Assembly (NCBI GenBank): GCA_003560215.1
Contig: PWIY01000395.1
Span: 1 to 26,406, forward strand
Length of the DNA stretch: 26,406 bases
Direction of reading: 5' to 3'
DNA from: Bacteroidales bacterium
Lineage (GTDB): Bacteria > Bacteroidota > Bacteroidia > Bacteroidales > UBA7960
Shown here: in pieces, positions 23,482 to 26,406 of the stretch
Numbering within the stretch: position 1 is the first letter of the stretch
Layout: the number at the start of each line of letters is the position of its first letter
Program-made: the position numbers and the translations under genes
The notes under the pieces: model-generated
Database searches by the model: none
What the model saw: the letters and a program-made list of their open reading frames with translations, nothing else
Told to the model about the DNA's origin: nothing

Positions 23482-24063
23482 TTATTCCAAAAATTCTGAG
23501 AACAGATGCCTGTATTTTTTTTTAATATTCTGTTTGGCCCTGAAAATCAATGACTCCACACTTGACACAGAAAGCTGGAGTACAATGGCAATTTCTTTAT
23601 AGGATAACTGCTCAAAATGGTGCAGGACCAGAGCTTTATGCTGACGGGCAGGCAACCTCCCCAGCACCTCTTTGAATAACCTGACCTTTTCGGTGCGAAC
23701 CATATCCTGATATGCATTGTTATCGGCAGAGGCCAAACCGGTCATTTCTACGCAGTCTTTTTTATGCAAGAGGTGGTCAATCCGCAAAACCCGGTTAAAA
23801 AAACGGTTTTTTTTCTGATAGTTCACAGACTTGTTTAAAGCAATACGGTAAAGCCAATATGACAACTGATCCTGATGCTTAATTGTGGAAATTGAACGAT
23901 AGGCCTCAATAAACACTTCTTGCGCAATATCTTCAGCATCAGCAGGATTGTGCAGGACACGATAGCAAGTATTCAGGACCAGATCCTGGTATTTAGCGAT
24001 CATAGCCCTCATGGCAGACTGATCTCCTTTAGTTACCCGGTGCACAATTTCTCGGTCATACAT
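23482..24063 (-). CDS. ECF RNA polymerase sigma-70 factor
   Basis: Region 2 DAEDIAQEVF...WLYRIALNKSVN and region 4 LPARQHKALVL...LSYKEIA...VSSVESLIFRAK. 193 aa. Confidence 0.95.
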   Translation of the reverse strand: MYDREIVHRVTKGDQSAMRAMIAKYQDLVLNTCYRVLHNPADAEDIAQEVFIEAYRSISTIKHQDQLSYWLYRIALNKSVNYQKKNRFFNRVLRIDHLLHKKDCVEMTGLASADNNAYQDMVRTEKVRLFKEVLGRLPARQHKALVLHHFEQLSYKEIAIVLQLSVSSVESLIFRAKQNIKKKYRHLFSEFLE

Positions 24064-24078
24064 AAAGGAGATACAGAG

Positions 24079-25503
24079 TTATTGGACAATGGTCATTTCA
24101 TCCAGCAGGTAATCAGCTCCGGCAAACTGGTCAATGATGAACAGCACATATCTGATATCCACACTGATGGCGCGCTGCAGGCTTTCCGCGTAAGCAATAT
24201 CAGATGACATTGCTTCCCAGTTGCCGTCGTAAGCCACCCCCACCAACTCTCCCCTGCTGTTTAGCACAGGACTGCCTGAATTACCCCCGGTAATATCCAA
24301 ATCAGACAGGAAGGATACGGGTAAAACACCATCTGTTCCATACATCCCAAAGTCAGAAACACTGAGCAATTCAATAAGCCTTTCAGGGGTTTCGTAAATA
24401 CTTCCCTGTTTGGTAACTTTTTCCAGGATCCCCTGATGTGTGGAATGTGGGAGAAACACAACCGCATCACGCGGTTCATATCCCTGAACCGATCCATAAG
24501 TAAGTCTCATGGTAAAATTGGCATCCGGATAAAGATGTCGTTCACTGATCATCTCATTTAAAGCCTTATACCACAGCCTTTTACCGGGAAGCAAGTAGGC
24601 CTGATTGACTGCGGTGTTGTGCTGTCTTAAAGAAACAGCCCTCTGAAAAACATCATTGGTCAAATGATAGCCGATGTCCTGACTCAAAACCTCCGGATCC
24701 GGGTTGGCCAGGAATTTTTCCATACGTTCCCTGTCTGTCAATACAGATCGCTCAAACAAATAATCAGTAAAGTGATCGGTATCTCCCCCGAATTGTTGGT
24801 CTATAACCCGAAAAAAACCGGGTTGGTGTTCTTCAGGCAATGTTTCCATTACATATGGCAGCAAAGCAGCAAATACCTTTTGTTCTGTAGGCATATGCAC
24901 ATCATAAAAGTTGTCAAGTGCCCGGTGAAGGTTGGATATATTCCTGTCGATTGCCTGCTGATCAGGCTCCTCTGCGGTCATTTGATTGTATAAGGTTTGT
25001 AATCTTCTCCCAAATGGGAAATAGCTTTGACTGCCGATCAGTCCCTCCATAATCAATCGATGGCTGAATGCTTTTTCGCGTCGCTCTTTCATGGCGGATT
25101 CAATCATCGGGAGGACCTCACCGTATTGATCAATGCGACCTGGATCTTTCTGCACCCAATTGCGAAATCGATCTTCAAGAGACCGGGCATCTGCAAGCAC
25201 CCCTAAATTTTTAAGTGCCAGGTTTTGTCCAACGGCATATTTCCAGTAATTGCTGGCATTGAAATAACGGGATGCATACTGAATCCGGATATCATCATCC
25301 GCATCCATGGCATCAGCCCAGATATCCAGGTAAATGCCACGAACATCTCCGATGATTTGGTTCACTACTTCCTTTTCCTCTTCTATTTCGTATGAGGTCA
25401 GGTACCTGGTGGTACTTCCCGGATAACCGAGTGCCATCACAAAATCATCCTCCTCTATTCCGGAAACAGAAATTGGGAAATAATGAGAAGGTTGATAAGG
25501 CAC
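24079..25503 (-). CDS. C-terminal fragment of the S46 peptidase (contains the catalytic Ser)
   Basis: LGYPGSTTRY, YPDANFTMRLTYG, DITGGNSGSPVLN. The ORF-track GTG start is an internal Val codon. Confidence 0.6.
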   Translation of the reverse strand: MPYQPSHYFPISVSGIEEDDFVMALGYPGSTTRYLTSYEIEEEKEVVNQIIGDVRGIYLDIWADAMDADDDIRIQYASRYFNASNYWKYAVGQNLALKNLGVLADARSLEDRFRNWVQKDPGRIDQYGEVLPMIESAMKERREKAFSHRLIMEGLIGSQSYFPFGRRLQTLYNQMTAEEPDQQAIDRNISNLHRALDNFYDVHMPTEQKVFAALLPYVMETLPEEHQPGFFRVIDQQFGGDTDHFTDYLFERSVLTDRERMEKFLANPDPEVLSQDIGYHLTNDVFQRAVSLRQHNTAVNQAYLLPGKRLWYKALNEMISERHLYPDANFTMRLTYGSVQGYEPRDAVVFLPHSTHQGILEKVTKQGSIYETPERLIELLSVSDFGMYGTDGVLPVSFLSDLDITGGNSGSPVLNSRGELVGVAYDGNWEAMSSDIAYAESLQRAISVDIRYVLFIIDQFAGADYLLDEMTIVQ

Positions 25504-25524
25504 GTTTTTTTCATCATAAAAGGC

Positions 25525-26322
25525 TTATGGTGAACCATCAGGCTCCATATAGACCCTGAAAAGTGCAAAATCGCCATTGTGATTTGGCCATTCCCAGTTA
25601 TCCTCATCCCCTCCAAACTGACCGATCGAAGACGGTGGCACCCCGACCATACGCACATCCGAATAATCAGCATAAACAAACAACAAGTACTGCCCTTCTG
25701 AACCCATCCTGAACAGTTCCACTGATCCCCTGTAAGGGCCGTCAGCAGAAACTTCGCGCGCAATGGCACTTCTGGCCTGACGAATGGTCCTGTTCCGCTC
25801 CTCCTGCGACATTTCATCGTCAACTGCTTTAAAAACCCGATCTGTCACATCTTCAATATGCAGTAAAAATGATACTGACAGATCCGGGACATGAATCTCT
25901 TCATCAGGCCCCATGGCCCAAAACCCATCTTTCAGATAATCGTTCCCGACACTGCTCAATGCCTGAAATCGGTCAATGGCACAATGGTGATTGGTCAGCA
26001 GTAATCCTTCAGGTGAAATCATTTCCCCTGTACATCCCCCACCAAAAATAGCGACAGCATCCTTCAGACTCGACTCATTGACCGAATAGATTTGTTCCGC
26101 GGTAAGTTCAAGGCCCAGTTCCTCCATATCGTCCATAACCATTTCCTCAAGATAGGGCAAAAGCCACATCCCTTCGTCAGCCTGTAAAGTTCCACGGGCT
26201 GGCAAAAGCAAAATCAAAAAGGCAATAATCAGGGAGGTTTTCCGGGATGGATTCCGGGAAAGCTGATCGAAAAACCGGCATCTGCCGACCCCCAACATTG
26301 AATCAACCATAAAACAAAGCAT
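25525..26322 (-). CDS. N-terminal fragment of the S46 peptidase (signal peptide, catalytic His and Asp)
   Basis: ADEGMWLL, FGGGCTGEMISPEGLLLTNHHC, DVRMVGVPP, DNWEWPNHNGDF. Ends at the premature TAA. Confidence 0.6.
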   Translation of the reverse strand: MLCFMVDSMLGVGRCRFFDQLSRNPSRKTSLIIAFLILLLPARGTLQADEGMWLLPYLEEMVMDDMEELGLELTAEQIYSVNESSLKDAVAIFGGGCTGEMISPEGLLLTNHHCAIDRFQALSSVGNDYLKDGFWAMGPDEEIHVPDLSVSFLLHIEDVTDRVFKAVDDEMSQEERNRTIRQARSAIAREVSADGPYRGSVELFRMGSEGQYLLFVYADYSDVRMVGVPPSSIGQFGGDEDNWEWPNHNGDFALFRVYMEPDGSP

Positions 26323-26406
26323 TTAAAATTTAAAAACTCTACAAATCAATGAAAAAAGTCCATTTCGCCAACAACATATTGTCATAAAAATCACTGTTGG
26401 AAAAAT

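Larger units (their letters stand above)
24079..26322 (-). pseudogene. dpp7: S46 dipeptidyl peptidase, DPP7-like, interrupted by an in-frame TAA at 25525-25527
   Basis: Both ORFs are in the same frame. Mature N-terminus DEGMWL, His in TNHHC, Asp in NGDF, Ser in TGGNSGSP. YDGNWEAM has Gly (DPP7 type) rather than Arg (DPP11 type) at the S1 position. The start codon is uncertain (26322, 26310 or 26298). Confidence 0.85.

Noticed and set aside
23515-23523. A/T homopolymers of 8-9 nt (also 4170-4177, 7168-7175, 19439-19446, 23047-23054, 23807-23814) as phase-variation tracts
   Set aside because: Such runs are common in Lys/Phe codons and AT-rich spacers, and all affected frames are intact.
25519-25533. 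Transposon excision footprint, or Sec/Pyl/stop-codon reassignment, at the S46 stop
   Set aside because: No duplicated trinucleotide is present. The codon is TAA, not TGA/TAG, and TAA terminates many normal genes in this window.
26376-26385. ATATTGTCAT shared by the S46 upstream region and the TBDR leader (17663-17672)
   Set aside because: Only a 10-bp AT-rich match, non-palindromic and at different distances from the starts; chance cannot be excluded.
1-26406. rRNA, tRNA, transposase, integrase or prophage genes
   Set aside because: No such sequences or motifs were seen, and nearly all of the window is explained by the listed CDSs and short spacers.

Overview
A gene-dense Bacteroidota (probably Bacteroidales-like) chromosomal segment. 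Support for this: a T9SS C-terminal sorting domain, a TonB-dependent receptor (TBDR) with an N-terminal CarboxypepD_reg-like domain, TAnnTTTG-type -7 promoter elements, and signal peptides followed by Gln. The window holds four peptidases: S9 (5'-truncated), M16, a giant modular S8 and a DPP7-like S46. It also holds an RprX/RprY-like two-component system, a TBDR + surface lipoprotein + second beta-barrel trio, an atypical ABC system with two paralogous 412-aa membrane subunits, and an ECF sigma/anti-sigma/periplasmic sensor module. Main signals: (1) the leaders of the M16 and S8 genes share a perfect 23-bp block (TGTTAA-N5-CGTTAA, an 11-bp-period direct repeat) and two further blocks at near-identical spacing, next to an OmpR-family regulator gene; (2) three peptidases each carry one anomaly: HxxEH->HxxDH in M16, a frameshift cutting the T9SS signal off S8, and an in-frame TAA in S46 that looks like an extra codon; (3) the 266-bp spacer before the TBDR is unusually structured. 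The overall picture (inference) is a regulated protein/peptide-utilisation locus. No rRNA, tRNA, CRISPR array or transposase was seen. Family and DUF names come from motif recognition and memory, not database searches.
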